NCBI GenBank assembly: GCA_907165135.1
Contig: OU015567.1
Span: 9,610,001-9,674,000, forward strand
Reading direction: 5' to 3'
DNA length: 64,000 bases
From: Oikopleura dioica
Lineage: Eukaryota; Animalia; Chordata
Position numbers and translations under genes: made by a program. This document shows positions 19,594 through 32,172 of this stretch, in pieces (within the stretch, counting starts at the first letter, position 1; every line of letters starts with the position of its first letter). The notes under the pieces were generated by a model. That model did no database searches and had not been told where the DNA came from. It worked only from the letters and a program-made list of their open reading frames with translations.

Positions 19594-20421
19594 TCACCCT
19601 CAATTTTTTCTCTATTTCCCGTTCTTTCAAAAAGAAACCTTGTCCAGTCATGAATCAATTTCTCGTGAAAGAAAGTGTAAAACGAAATTTTCTGGGCATT
19701 TTGTTAAAAGCGATTCAAGACGCGACAGAAGCAATGTCCGATTTCGCGAAAATTTTGTGGAAGTGGCAAATCGCAAGTTAACCCGTTAGCGAGCCGTTGC
19801 AAGTTTCGGCTTGTCCGGCCTGCGGTTGATTTTTGAACATTACCTGTAAGCAAGAGTGGAACCGCTCGCGTTCCGCATATTACCGCCCGCTCATAATCAA
19901 TTCAAACTTCCCAAAATTGCGACGTGAATTTGATCCGGCCAAGTTAACTGTTCTCTCTTTAGGTTTCGTCTTGAGTGTTCAACTGTAGTGTAAAATTGTA
20001 AAAAAGGGTTTATTTTCCAGTGGTTATTGGGCGAATTTGCATCCCGGTAGAACGGCCGCAGGGCGAATTCTATAATATTATAGAGTACAGATCCGCGAAA
20101 ATAATGAAAATGAGAGAATAAAATGAAGCGCTATCAAGTTCAAGTTCACCTGCTACGAGAAGCCAAATATTTTGTCAATTAACTGAGAAATAAACTGTTT
20201 GATTATTGCCGTTAGTCCATTACTTTTGCATTCTTGCATCTATCAATCAGGAATCAAATACAGTATGAAGAACTTGTCCAATTCTGACCATATCATTCCG
20301 ATAGGAGATAGCAGCTTCAAGTTATCAATCAATTCTGAAACTCAAGTGGTCTCGCAATCGCAAATTGACATTTTCTGTTTATTCTGCAGAAACGCGGAAA
20401 CACGGAAATCCAGTCATTATT

Positions 20422-21190
20422 TCAAAAGTTCACAGGCCAGGGATGCAAATAGACTTTGATCGTTCTAGCTTTCGTTTCTGGCTGAAATCGTCGAGGTAGG
20501 CTAAAATTAGATAATTGGTGTAGACATACGGTAGTTGTCTTGGTACCTTTATGCGCGGCAAAGTACTTTTCTCGCGAGGTTTCACGGATTGCTGCGCTTC
20601 TTATTCTGAGTCTATTTTTGATATAATTCTGCTCCGAAAACGTCACATCTGTTCTACCATCTCCTCTGAATTAAATTTTTACGCCTGAGCGAAGACCATC
20701 ACTGAAGAACCTAGCAATGTAGAGGGCAACGGGCATGGGCGGAGGTTGAAGGAACTTTCTTGAGATCCTGAATTCTTTGAACTCGTTGTATCTTTTCTTT
20801 CGGTTGATGACGGTCGTCGAGCTTTTTTCTTTCTTCGCAGCTTCAAAAAGCTTCTGGAAATCGTCGGTCTTGTCCTCTGTGAATTCCATTTTTCGCATGT
20901 CAAACTTGCGAAGTTGAATGTGATCCTTGAAGGTATTCAAAGGAGCCTCTCCCCTGTACTTTTTGTGCTTCTGCACGTGCAAAGTCTGCTGAAGTTTGAA
21001 GTTGCTCTCCAACGAATTCAGCTGGACCTGTCTGTTGTGATTGTATTTATTCAAAAAATGATCTCTCCCACGTTCCAGTAGCTTCAATTCTTTTTCGAAT
21101 TCTTCAACAATCATTTACTCTATTTTTCATTAGACAGTATTTACCTGTTTTGGCATTTCGGTTTTTTGAAATAGTCCCTTTCGAGGGTCG
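20422..21190 (-). CDS. Unknown protein, 3' exons only; 5' end not determined
   Basis: A 147-aa ORF (IVEEFEKELKLLERGRD...DGLRSG|gtaaaa) is joined to a last exon (DVTFSEQNYIKNRL...HPWPVNF*). An upstream exon reads DPRKGLFQKTEMPKQ|gtaaat. Confidence 0.55.
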
Positions 21191-22541
21191 AAAAGCTGAA
21201 ATTTTTATCAATATTTTAACGGAAACCTCATGCTATTAATCCGCCTTACATAAAAGTCTTTTGTAAAAAGAATATTCGATGATTTAACATATACGTTAGT
21301 AGAACTTATTCTCGTGAATAATTATTTTTTATCTCATAAAAGATTGAATTGACGCAATAAACATTGAGAAATGAAGCAATTTGTAAATTGATGGTTGAAA
21401 ACGGCGACGCAGATTTTGACTAGTGATTACCTAGAGGGATTCTTTTTGCTGTTTTCGACATATCTCTTGCTAATACTTTGACGATCAGATATTACGGTAA
21501 GAAGGTGCTTAGGAACTCAATCTGGGAGCTATGCGCAAGAAACATGTTTGGGCACACACTGTGCACGGTAAATAGAGCATCTGCAGATAGCCCCGCTAAA
21601 CGACGATACGGTAGTCGTCAACTTAGTCCCTAGCCAAACACACGCACTCCCTACTTTTTTCATAAGGCCTCGTAAATATCCAACTCATTGCCAGAAGAAG
21701 GTGTCAAGCATCTTGAAGTTCACTCAAATTTCAAGGAAAAATGCTCGCCTAAGATGCTACCCAAAAAACGGGTCAATTTAATCTTCATTATTTAAAAAAT
21801 TGTTGATAATTATATCCAGCTTATTAGCTCAAATTATCAACGTGTAATTAGCAAAAATTCGTTCAAAGACGACCTTGTCCTTATTACTCATTTTCTTCTA
21901 ACTAATTTAAAAACTTAGTTGAGCTAAAACTGGTCATAGAATTTTCCATAAGAACGGAATCATTTTGTCAGGAGTACTTAGCGCACCTTCAAAACGTCAG
22001 AAAATAAAAACTAACATAAAAGGCGAGAATCTTTGTAAACAAAAAATGCTGTTACTGTTTTGAAACTTTTAGGGGTACATCATTTTCCTACCGATAAAAA
22101 AAGAAAGTCTCTGACGATCACACTTCTCAGCCACGAAAAAGAATAGGTTTCGCGGTGACTTACAGATATTTAGGAGAACGAAGAATAACGAGTGCAAATA
22201 TAACGAGAGATTTCTTCATATTCCCATCCGATTACTGTCAAGATATCTATTTGGAAGGCACAGACAATTCGGCCGTTCGATGACTCTATCAAGGATCGTA
22301 TCAGTCTTGTGTTCACTTTGATCCTGTTCGGTCAATTTGGAAAATGCAAATTAGAGGAACATAATATCAGAAATACACGAAGATGCATCTCTGAGATATA
22401 CCTGAGTTTTTGTAAGCATTTATTGGGGATCGTTCAGTTTCTTTCGCTATGAAACTTACAGTATGTACAGTAAAACGGTATGTTTCATTTCTATTCAGTA
22501 GCCAATTATTTTAGATAGTCTAGAGTCGGAGCAGGAAGTTA

Positions 22542-25299
22542 TTACCAGATGTCGTCGTCGAATTTAATCGAGTTGACTGAGGTGTTGATCTGACCTCCGG
22601 AATAGCTTCCTCTTTTCTTCTTGTTTTTCTCGTGCTACAAAATACAATATTAGCTGAGAACTTTTATTTCAAAATTACCGTAAATTTCTTTCCCTTGACT
22701 GTCTTCAGCTGTTCGTGGGCCTTCTTTCCCCAACCAACAACGCCTCCTTGGACGTCCACAGCCATTCGGTCGTCAAGCTGTTTGCCGCCCTTGCAAGTGA
22801 AGAGTTCAATTTCTTCTGTTCGAACTCGTCTAAATGGAGAGCTCTGGCGCTTTCGCTTGGCATTTCGCGGCTTGGACGGAGTAACAGCCATTTGCTCCTC
22901 ATCGGGAGACTCCTCTCTTCGTCGTTTTTGCCCGCTAGAGTAAATGAAAAAGAGTCACCTTTGGAATTATCATTTACCTTGCTGCTTTTTTAGGAGGCTC
23001 GACCTTGACTTTCACGGGTTCCTCATCGCTAGAGCTGTCAGACGAGCTTTCTTCCTTCTTCACCTTTTTCGCGGGAGTGGCTGGTTTCTTGGTGACCTTC
23101 GGTGGCTCTTCGTCTGACGAAGAATCTGATGAAGAAGCGGGTTTCTTGATTGCTTTCTTCGCTGGAGTAGCCTTCTTCACAACTTTCGGCGGCTCTTCAT
23201 CGGATGAGGAGTCCGAGGAAGATTCTTTCTTCGTCACTTTCTTTGGCGTGGCAACTTTTTTCACCACTTTTGGGGGCTCTTCGTCGGACGAGGAATCATC
23301 AGAAGAAGATTCTTTTTTCGCCACCTTCTTCGCCGGAGTAACTGCTTTCTTCACAACCTTTGCAGGCTCTTCATCAGAAGACGATTCCGAAGAGCTCTCT
23401 TTCTTTGAAACTTTCTTGACATGAGTCGCTGGTTTTTTCGCAACCTTCGGCGGTTCTTCATCTGAAGAGGAGTCTGAAGAAGAGCTATCCTTCTTCGTAA
23501 CCTTTTTAGCTGGAGTGGCCACTTTGTTTACAACCTTAGGTGGCTCGTCATCCGAAGACGAATCCGATGAGCTTTCCTTCTTTGGCACTTTCTTCGCCGG
23601 AGTCGCCGCTTTCTTTGCGACTTTAGGAGGCTCTTCGTCAGAAGATGATTCGGAAGAAGAACAAGCCTTCTTCACAACTTTCTTCACAGGCGTTGCAGCT
23701 TTCTTGACCACCTTTGGCGGTTCTTCGTCAGACGAGGAGCTGTCCGACGAAGAGCTGTCTTTCTTCACAATTTTTTTCGCTGGAGTCGATACTTTTTTAG
23801 CAACTTTCGGTGGTTCTTCATCAGATGACGAATCGGATGATGAGTCTTTCTTCGCAGCCTTCTTAGGCGTTGCCGGCTTTACCACAACTTTTTTCGCCGG
23901 TTCTTCGTCGGAGGAAGAATCATCGGAAGAAGAATCCTTCTTTACAACCTTCTTGGCTGGCGTTGCTGGCTTTTTAACAACTTTAGGAGGCTCCTCATCG
24001 GACGACGAGTCATCGGAAGACGATTCTTTCTTCGCTGCCTTCTTCACAGGTGTGACAGTCTTTTTCACCACCTTGGGTGGTTCTTCGTCTGATGAGTCGT
24101 CGGATGAGCTTTCGTTCGCCTTCGTGAATAACTTTTCCTGGACTCCACCAAACGACACTAAAGAAACGTTGATTCGGGTATTAAACCCTTCTTTTCTTAC
24201 CATTTCCGGGTGTGGTCTTTCCAGGAGTCTTGATGTTCGATTTCTTCACTGATGGAGTGCTTTTGACGATCTAAATCGCCGTTAACGTCTTTTCAGCGAT
24301 GAAAGACCTACCGGTGTTCCGAAATCTGGAGGAGGGACAGCTGCAAACTTGGCTTTAGCGGGAGTCTTAGCTGGAGCTTCATCTTCCGAGCTACTATCAG
24401 ACGATGATGCAGGCGGTTTTCCGAGCGATTTTCTGACAACAGTCTTCTTCGCAACTACCTTCTTTGGAGCTTCGTCTTCGCTCGAGCTGTCGCTTGAGGA
24501 AGACTCCTTCTTTGCAGCAACTTTCTTAGTAACCTTGGCGGGAGCTTCGTCTTCGCTGGAATCGTCGCTCGAGGAATCAGCAGGCTTCGGCGGGGCAACC
24601 TTCTTGGGAGTTGCCTTCGGCGGCGCTTCATCTTCGCTAGAATCATCGCTCGAGCTGCTTGCCGGCTTCTGTGGGGCCTTTTTCTTTGGTGTAACTTTTG
24701 GTACTGGCTCCTCATCACTGAATATGAAATTAGAAACTGTTATATAGAAGAAATTGTACCTGGAAGACGAATCAGAAGAAGCAGGTTTCTTGACTGCGGT
24801 CTTCGCCTTTGCCTTCTGAAGCTTTGGTGCTTCCTCCTCGTCGGAGCTAGAGTCGGAACTCGAGCTGCTCGCAGGCTTGTTCTTCTTGAAAGGAGTCTTT
24901 TTTCGGTTTGCGATAGCAGCGGACTTCGGTTTCGGTAGGGCTTCCTCATCGCTGGAATCGTCTGAAGAGCTGTCTTTAGGGGCGCGCTTGATAATTGGCT
25001 TCGCAAGGGCGTTCAGGTTTTCGTTTGCGGGAAGCTCTGCTTCAGAAGAACTGAGACTTTCTTCGCATCCGGAATCCTTTTTCTCTTCCGCCTGTTCGCT
25101 GATAAGTCGTTCCAAAGAAATAGCATCCTTTGCATCTTTCTTTTTCAAACCGGTTTCTTTCTAAATAAATTTTGCGAAAATGAAAGACTTTTTTCAGAAA
25201 ATACACGAAACTTACGCAAAAAGCCTTAGCCGCCTCCTTAAACTCCTCATCAAGCAGATATTTAAGCACAGCTTTGTCCGATCTTTTCGATTCTCTCAT
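22542..25299 (-). CDS. NOLC1: Nopp140 / nucleolar and coiled-body phosphoprotein 1
   Basis: N-terminal LisH-like SDKAVLKYLLDEEFKEAAKAF, alternating acidic-Ser and Lys/Pro/Ala repeats, and the SRP40 C-terminal domain PFRRVRTEEI...WGKKAHEQLKTVKGKKFT|HEKNKKKRGSYSGGQINTSVNSIKFDDDIW*. Confidence 0.93.
23000..24120. repeat. Coding tandem repeat of Nopp140, 13 units of about 26-30 aa
   Basis: Unit SSSDSSSDEEPPKVVKKAATPAKK counted 13 times in ORF 22974-24203. Confidence 0.85.
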
Positions 25300-25471
25300 C
25301 GATTCCTCTTTTTTAGTTTTATCGGGCAGTGAAGGCAGAAAAAAAGGAAAATTCGCACTCGAGCCTGGAGAGAAGCGAGCCAATCAGAGCGCGCGCTGGT
25401 CTCTTGTTCGAAATGAATGAAATTCGGACGCTTTAGGCTCTTTTCCTTCAATGTGAAGTACAGCCGCGAAT

Positions 25472-25710
25472 TTTCTTACATGGCTTTGAAATACCTTCGA
25501 ATTGAAAAGAAACAATTAGCGTTGAGAATTTTCTGGCAGTTAGGGACCATATTTCGGTCTTTTGCGTAGTCAAATATCATTTATTAATTATATATTAATG
25601 AATAGAGTCAATATGTTCATAAATTAATAATTAGTAAATAGACTGCCAGAAAATTCTCTAAACTGGTCCTTTCTTTTCAATTCGAAGGTGTTTCAAAGCA
25701 ATGTAAGAAA
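25472..25710. mobile_element. Foldback MITE-like inverted repeat (about 240 bp)
   Basis: Left arm tttcttacatggctttgaaataccttcgaattgaaaagaaa...gagaattttctggcagt matches the reverse complement of the right arm with few mismatches. The centre is AT-rich and no clear TSD was found. Confidence 0.7.
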
Positions 25711-26249
25711 TACGGTATTTCAAATACCGTAATCCTATGGCTCTTTCGTGATCACAGTTGACAGTTTTAAAATTCAGTAAAACCAAAAGCGAAGCCACCA
25801 GCTTTCGTGTCCTTCATTCAAGTTGAGGTGTGAACTTTTGCAATTTTCAAATTTTCGCAATTAAAAATTTTTGCAATTAAGACTAATGATAACTTATGTC
25901 AGGGTTTGGGGTGTTGATGAGTTTTCAATGTAAATTTTCTTTTTAACTTAATTTTGACTTATTGCCACATTAGCCGGCTCGAGTCATTAGCGGCATCGTC
26001 CACAAAGATGTTCATTTTCTCTGAACAATGAAATTTAACAAAGCTCATTACGAGCCTGTTAATCATGAACACTTAGAGAGTCTTGCTTCAGTTTCTTACA
26101 AGCCAGCTAGCTGAAAAGCAAAAAGCTCTAATCAGCAAAAATTTTAAAATGTCATCTGAAATTTCTGAATTTCTTTCGCGTTCCAAAGACCCTAAACAAT
26201 CGTTCCATCAAAAGTTCATACTTGAATTTTCCGTGAAGAATGGTTGTCC

Positions 26250-28172
26250 ATGAAATTTGCGTCGGACAATGGACTGATGTACCAGGCTGCCGTAACCTAT
26301 AAGTGTACCCGGAACGAGCTAGCGAAGCCTCTGACGAACAACCAAGAACCAGCAAGTTTCATAACTGAAAATCATTACGATCTCTAGATGTGCTCGAGTT
26401 TCCCAGGAGAAAATTGCATGTTTTTTGCACCTGGGAAGCTCTAGCCCATCTAGAGAAGATTTTCCAATGCATGAGCTATTCGAAATAAGATTAAATAAAA
26501 AAATTCTCTAGTTCACACCGAGTTTCTCAGCAAAACAGAAAAGAACGGTAAAGGCAACTCCAATGATAGGAATTCGTTTTCTCAACCAACAGTCTCTCCC
26601 GAACAAATACAGCCCGAGTCTGAAATGCGAACCGAGATGCTAGTCAATGGAAAATATCGCGTCAATCATCAATCAAATCATCATCTCTTCCACATTCCAG
26701 CCCTTTTTAGGGCTGCATTTTCGCCGATTCGGACAATCAATCGTCTGCAAGTACAACAGAAAAAACAGTCGTTGATTCCCCATCACTGCGGACAAATCGA
26801 CCCATACAAGAAGAAACCCATACAAAAGTTAAAGAGCGAAAAGGCTGAATTTATCTCCTCGGCTGTCACTTGCACGCCACCACCTCGCGCGGCTAATCCA
26901 CCGGAACATGCATTGAAAAGGCCAGCGTCGTCTTTATTGAGCATCATTAAAACCTTTGAGCGAAATTTTAAGGATACACTTAAAATATATCGAAATTTTT
27001 AAAATGAATTGCTTGTTGCTGGTAGTCGTAAATATCTTGAGAAGCAGTGCGCAACTGATATATGCAGATAATGGTAAGTACCATCACAAGAAAATCTTAT
27101 TGCCCTAAAAAGGGCAAATTGGAATTGATTAGCAAGCATTTGCTAATTTTGAATGTCTCGATTCATGTCGGACTAAATGTAGGAGCACTGATGCAACTTA
27201 GTAATACGCTGAGGTTCTAGCGTTGTTTATATATGAGCGCCCGAGAAGCGCCGTATTCCATCTAGAGAAAATTCAAATTATCAGCATGTTCTTGCAAAGA
27301 CTGCTTTTTTGAACGAAGCGCTTCAAAGTGTTTATTTTTCAAACTTTGCATCTTCCTATTATTAATAAATTTTCAATATTCTTCAAAATCAGAAAGATTA
27401 ATGACATATTTAAGGAGATTTTCTATAATTCCTTACTGTTACTCTTAGATAAAATAGTAGCAGAAAGCGAGAGGGCTTTGCGAAAATGCTTTGTCTACAT
27501 GGAACAGGTGATGGACTGTAATCCGCCGTTGAGGAAGATAGGAAAGGTAGCGTCGATTCGTAATTATTTCACATCAAAAATGGTTTGAAGTATAAATGGA
27601 GGATGGAGAAGAACTTCAAAAACGCGCTCTTCCATCTTCAAAACGAAAATTGCCGCCTTCAAGAAGATTCTTCCTATGCTCCCCCAAAAAGGTATAATAG
27701 AGGCCAAAATATGTTTACAGATAGGTACTTTGCCAAATTGATCGAGCAAGCGCAGAAGAGAAAGATCGCCAAGACTTGGTTTCCAAAATCGTAAATTTCT
27801 TGGAATTAGAGATCCACTCTGTAAACCACCAAAGCCACAGCTATCTGTGAAATTAGGCGAAATTTGCGAAGGATTGTCAAGGAACGGATATAAGTGTCTT
27901 ATAATGATGACAGCTTGTGTGGCAATTATGAGTGTAATTATTGTTCAATCTCCAAAAATTTGATTTTGGAAACGACGATAAATGAGTCACAAAAATGTTT
28001 TTTTTTTCATAGAAAAATATAGTTAAATATCCGCGAAAGGGACTTTTTCGCAAAAGAAATCTTCTCTGGCTGCCGACGATTCAATGCCTGGCAAGACCGA
28101 AACAACCACTTACTGAAGGACATCCTAAGAATGCGCAATCAATGTCTAAAACGCGCAAATCTACCTTACTAA
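26250..28172 (+). CDS. Unknown multi-exon protein, model poorly resolved
   Basis: Coding-like segments MKFASDNGLMYQAAVTYKCTRNE, VHTEFLSK...HALKRPASSLL, tag|DKIVAESERALRKCFVYMEQVMDCNPPLRKIGK|gtag and terminal RRFNAWQDRNNHLLKDILRMRNQCLKRANLPY*. Confidence 0.4.
26382..26455. repeat. 74-bp palindromic interspersed element (TCTAGA-ended family)
   Basis: ctctagatg...gagtttcccagg AGAAAATTGCA...cctgggaagctc...catctagag folds on itself; a related copy lies at 28433-28505. Confidence 0.6.
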
Positions 28173-28432
28173 ATCATCACTTCCACCTCAATAACCTGTG
28201 AATAAAGACATTTGTAAGCATTAAAGTCGACTCTGAAAAATATAACGGCAAGATTATTCGCGCAGCCGCAGCGACAAATTGAAACAAGCAGGAAAAAATT
28301 GAATCGTTGTTTTTGGCATTGGAGGAGCGTTTTCACGCGTTTTTCGCGGAAGTGAAATCAATCTCATTTCAACTGGACGGATGCAGATTACAGTCTTAGA
28401 GCAGGTTTTCTTAGCAGTGAATAATGGTGTTT

Positions 28433-28505
28433 TTCTAGAGGTGAACGGGCTTCTCAGAGAGAAAATTGCAATTTTTTACCTGAGAAGCTCCTTTTGTCTA
28501 GAGAA
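28433..28505. repeat. Second copy of the TCTAGA-ended palindromic element
   Basis: ttctagag...gcttctcag AGAGAAAATTGCA...cctgagaagctc...tctagagaa has the same layout and central AGAAAATTGCA as 26382-26455. Confidence 0.6.
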
Positions 28506-29240
28506 ATTATTGGTAAACATTACTTCCGTTAATTTTTTGACGGCGAAAATAAATTCTTTCTAGATAAAACTAGTGAGCTTCTCAGGAAAAGCTATATAAA
28601 TCGCCATTTCTTTTGAAAGCCAAGATGTACTGAATGCAATCGGTAACCGACGATGACTTATTGTTAGGGTCCGTACACAAAAATTCTAACTTTTTTGTTA
28701 CAAAAGCAAATCCTTTGAAAGTTTTAGTGGTTATTAATATGCCTTTGTGGATTGTAAAAACAGAATTAAATTGAAAATTCAAAAAGGGTTGATGAGATAA
28801 GCGCTTAAAAAGCCTGAAAAACACTGTTGTATTAAAATTTCAGAAAATTAAACAACATGAGAAGATTTATCGATGGCGATTTTAATTTTATTCTTCAATA
28901 AAAAAGTTTGAAAAGCTTCTACAACATCCTCAAATTAAAGGAAGAAGGTCAAAATCTGGCCTTCTTGCGCTGCGCAGCGCGCGCGATGCGTCACTTTCCT
29001 TATTTGGAAGTCGTAGGGTGGCCGCAGCGCAGAGACGCAAAAAGAAAAAAATTCAATTTTCATAAAAAATTATATTATAATAAAAATAAACTTTTTTCTT
29101 CTAAAATAAGTAATAACAGATAAATTTTATATTTTTATAAATAACAAAACATTTTTATTAAAAAAAATTCAAAATTTAATAAAAAGCTCATTAATAATTA
29201 ATGAATAATAATATCAATAGAATAAATAAACAATCCTTCG

Positions 29241-32172
29241 AGCCCCATTCCTTGATTTTTAAATTAAGGGGGCTTGACGACCCTTCGGGCCGTCTCAGCC
29301 CCATTCCTTGATTTTTAAATTTAAGGGGCTTGACGGCCCTTCGGGCCGTCTCAGCCCCATTCCTTGATTTTTAAATTTAAGGGGCTTGACGGCCCTTCGG
29401 GCCGTCTCAGCCCCATTCCTTGATTTTTAAATTTAAGGGGCTTGACGGCCCTTCGGGCCGTCTAAGCCCCATTCCTTGATTTTTAAATTTAAGGGCTTGA
29501 CGGCCCTTCGGGCCGTCTCAGCCCCATTCCTTGATTTTTAAATTTAAGGGCTTGACGGCCCTTCGGGCCGTCTCAGCCCCATTCCTTGATTTTTAAATTT
29601 AAGGGGCTTGACGGCCCTTCGGGCCGTCTCAGCCCCATTCCTTGATTTTTAAATTTAAGGGGCTTGACGGCCCTTCGGGCCGTCTCAGCCCCATTCCTTG
29701 ATTTTTAAATTTAAGGGCTTGACGGCCCTTCGGGCCGTCTCAGCCCCATTCCTTGATTTTTAAATTTAAGGGGCTTGACGGCCCTTCGGGCCGTCTCAGC
29801 CCCATTCCTTGATTTTTAAATTTAAGGGGCTTGACGGCCCTTCGGGCCGTCTCAGCCCCATTCCTTGATTTTTAAATTTAAGGGCTTGACGGCCCTTCGG
29901 GCCGTCTCAGCCCCATTCCTTGATTTTTAAATTTAAGGGGCTTGACGGCCCTTCGGGCCGTCTCAGCCCCATTCCTTGATTTTTAAATTTAAGGGGCTTG
30001 ACGGCCCTTCGGGCCGTCTCAGCGCCATTCCTTGATTTTTAAATTTAAGGGCTTGACGGCCCTTCGGGCCGTCTCAGCCCCATTCCTTGATTTTTAAATT
30101 TAAGGGGCTTGACGGCCCTTCGGGCCGTCTCAGCCCCATTCCTTGATTTTTAAATTTAAGGGGCTTGACGGCCCTTCGGGCCGTCTCAGCCCCATTCCTT
30201 GATTTTTAAATTTAAGGGGCTTGACGGCCCTTCGGGCCGTCTCAGCCCCATTCCTTGATTTTTAAATTTAAGGGGCTTGACGGCCCTTCGGGCCGTCTCA
30301 GCCCCATTCCTTGATTTTTAAATTTAAGGGCTTGACGGCCCTTCGGGCCGTCTCAGCCCCATTCCTTGATTTTTAAATTTAAGGGGCTTGACGGCCCTTC
30401 GGGCCGTCTCAGCCCCATTCCTTGATTTTTAAATTTAAGGGCTTGACGGCCCTTCGGGCCGTCTCAGCCCCATTCCTTGATTTTTAAATTTAAGGGGCTT
30501 GACGGCCCTTCGGGCCGTCTCAGCCCCATTCCTTGATTTTTAAATTTAAGGGGCTTGACGGCCCTTCGGGCCGTCTCAGCCCCATTCCTTGATTTTTAAA
30601 TTTAAGGGGCTTGACGGCCCTTCGGGCCGTCTCAGCCCCATTCCTTGATTTTTAAATTTAAGGGCTTGACGGCCCTTCGGGCCGTCTCAGCCCCATTCCT
30701 TGATTTTTAAATTTAAGGGGCTTGACGGCCCTTCGGGCCGTCTCAGCCCCATTCCTTGATTTTTAAATTTAAGGGCTTGACGGCCCTTCGGGCCGTCTCA
30801 GCCCCATTCCTTGATTTTTAAATTTAAGGGCTTGACGGCCCTTCGGGCCGTCTCAGCCCCATTCCTTGATTTTTAAATTTAAGGGGCTTGACGGCCCTTC
30901 GGGCCGTCTCAGCCCCATTCCTTGATTTTTAAATTTAAGGGGCTTGACGGCCCTTCGGGCCGTCTCAGCCCCATTCCTTGATTTTTAAATTTAAGGGCTT
31001 GACGGCCCTTCGGGCCGTCTCAGCCCCATTCCTTGATTTTTAAATTTAAGGGGCTTGACGGCCCTTCGGGCCGTCTCAGCCCCATTCCTTGATTTTTAAA
31101 TTTAAGGGCTTGACGGCCCTTCGGGCCGTCTCAGCCCCATTCCTTGATTTTTAAATTTAAGGGCTTGACGGCCCTTCGGGCCGTCTCAGCCCCATTCCTT
31201 GATTTTTAAATTTAAGGGGCTTGACGGCCCTTCGGGCCGTCTCAGCCCCATTCCTTGATTTTTAAATTTAAGGGGCTTGACGGCCCTTCGGGCCGTCTCA
31301 GCCCCATTCCTTGATTTTTAAATTTAAGGGGCTTGACGGCCCTTCGGGCCGTCTCAGCCCCATTCCTTGATTTTTAAATTTAAGGGGCTTGACGGCCCTT
31401 CGGGCCGTCTCAGCCCCATTCCTTGATTTTTAAATTTAAGGGGCTTGACGGCCCTTCGGGCCGTCTCAGCCCCATTCCTTGATTTTTAAATTTAAGGGCT
31501 TGACGGCCCTTCGGGCCGTCTCAGCCCCATTCCTTGATTTTTAAATTTAAGGGGCTTGACGGCCCTTCGGGCCGTCTCAGCCCCATTCCTTGATTTTTAA
31601 ATTTAAGGGGCTTGACGGCCCTTCGGGCCGTCTCAGCCCCATTCCTTGATTTTTAAATTTAAGGGGCTTGACGGCCCTTCGGGCCGTCTCAGCCCCATTC
31701 CTTGATTTTTAAATTTAAGGGGCTTGACGGCCCTTCGGGCCGTCTCAGCCCCATTCCTTGATTTTTAAATTTAAGGGCTTGACGGCCCTTCGGGCCGTCT
31801 CAGCCCCATTCCTTGATTTTTAAATTTAAGGGGCTTGACGGCCCTTCGGGCCGTCTCAGCCCCATTCCTTGATTTTTAAATTTAAGGGCTTGACGGCCCT
31901 TCGGGCCGTCTCAGCCCCATTCCTTGATTTTTAAATTTAAGGGGCTTGACGGCCCTTCGGGCCGTCTCAGCCCCATTCCTTGATTTTTAAATTTAAGGGC
32001 TTGACGGCCCTTCGGGCCGTCTCAGCCCCATTCCTTGATTTTTAAATTTAAGGGCTTGACGGCCCTTCGGGCCGTCTCAGCCCCATTCCTTGATTTTTAA
32101 ATTTAAGGGGCTTGACGGCCCTTCGGGCCGTCTCAGCCCCATTCCTTGATTTTTAAATTTAAGGGGCTTGAC
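29241..32172. repeat. Tandem satellite, 55/56-bp unit, roughly 52-53 copies
   Basis: Unit AGCCCCATTCCTTGATTTTTAAATTTAAGG(G)GCTTGACGGCCCTTCGGGCCGTCTC. The period was measured as 56 (29281 to 29337); variation is almost only G3 versus G4. Confidence 0.98.

Noticed and set aside
23005-25164. Long plus-strand ORFs (139, 245, 132 and 95 aa; F/T/G/S-rich)
   Set aside because: These are antisense shadows of the low-complexity Nopp140 repeats.
29241-32172. CRISPR-like array (regular palindromic repeats)
   Set aside because: There are no unique spacers, the whole unit repeats, there are no cas genes, and the context is eukaryotic. It is a satellite.
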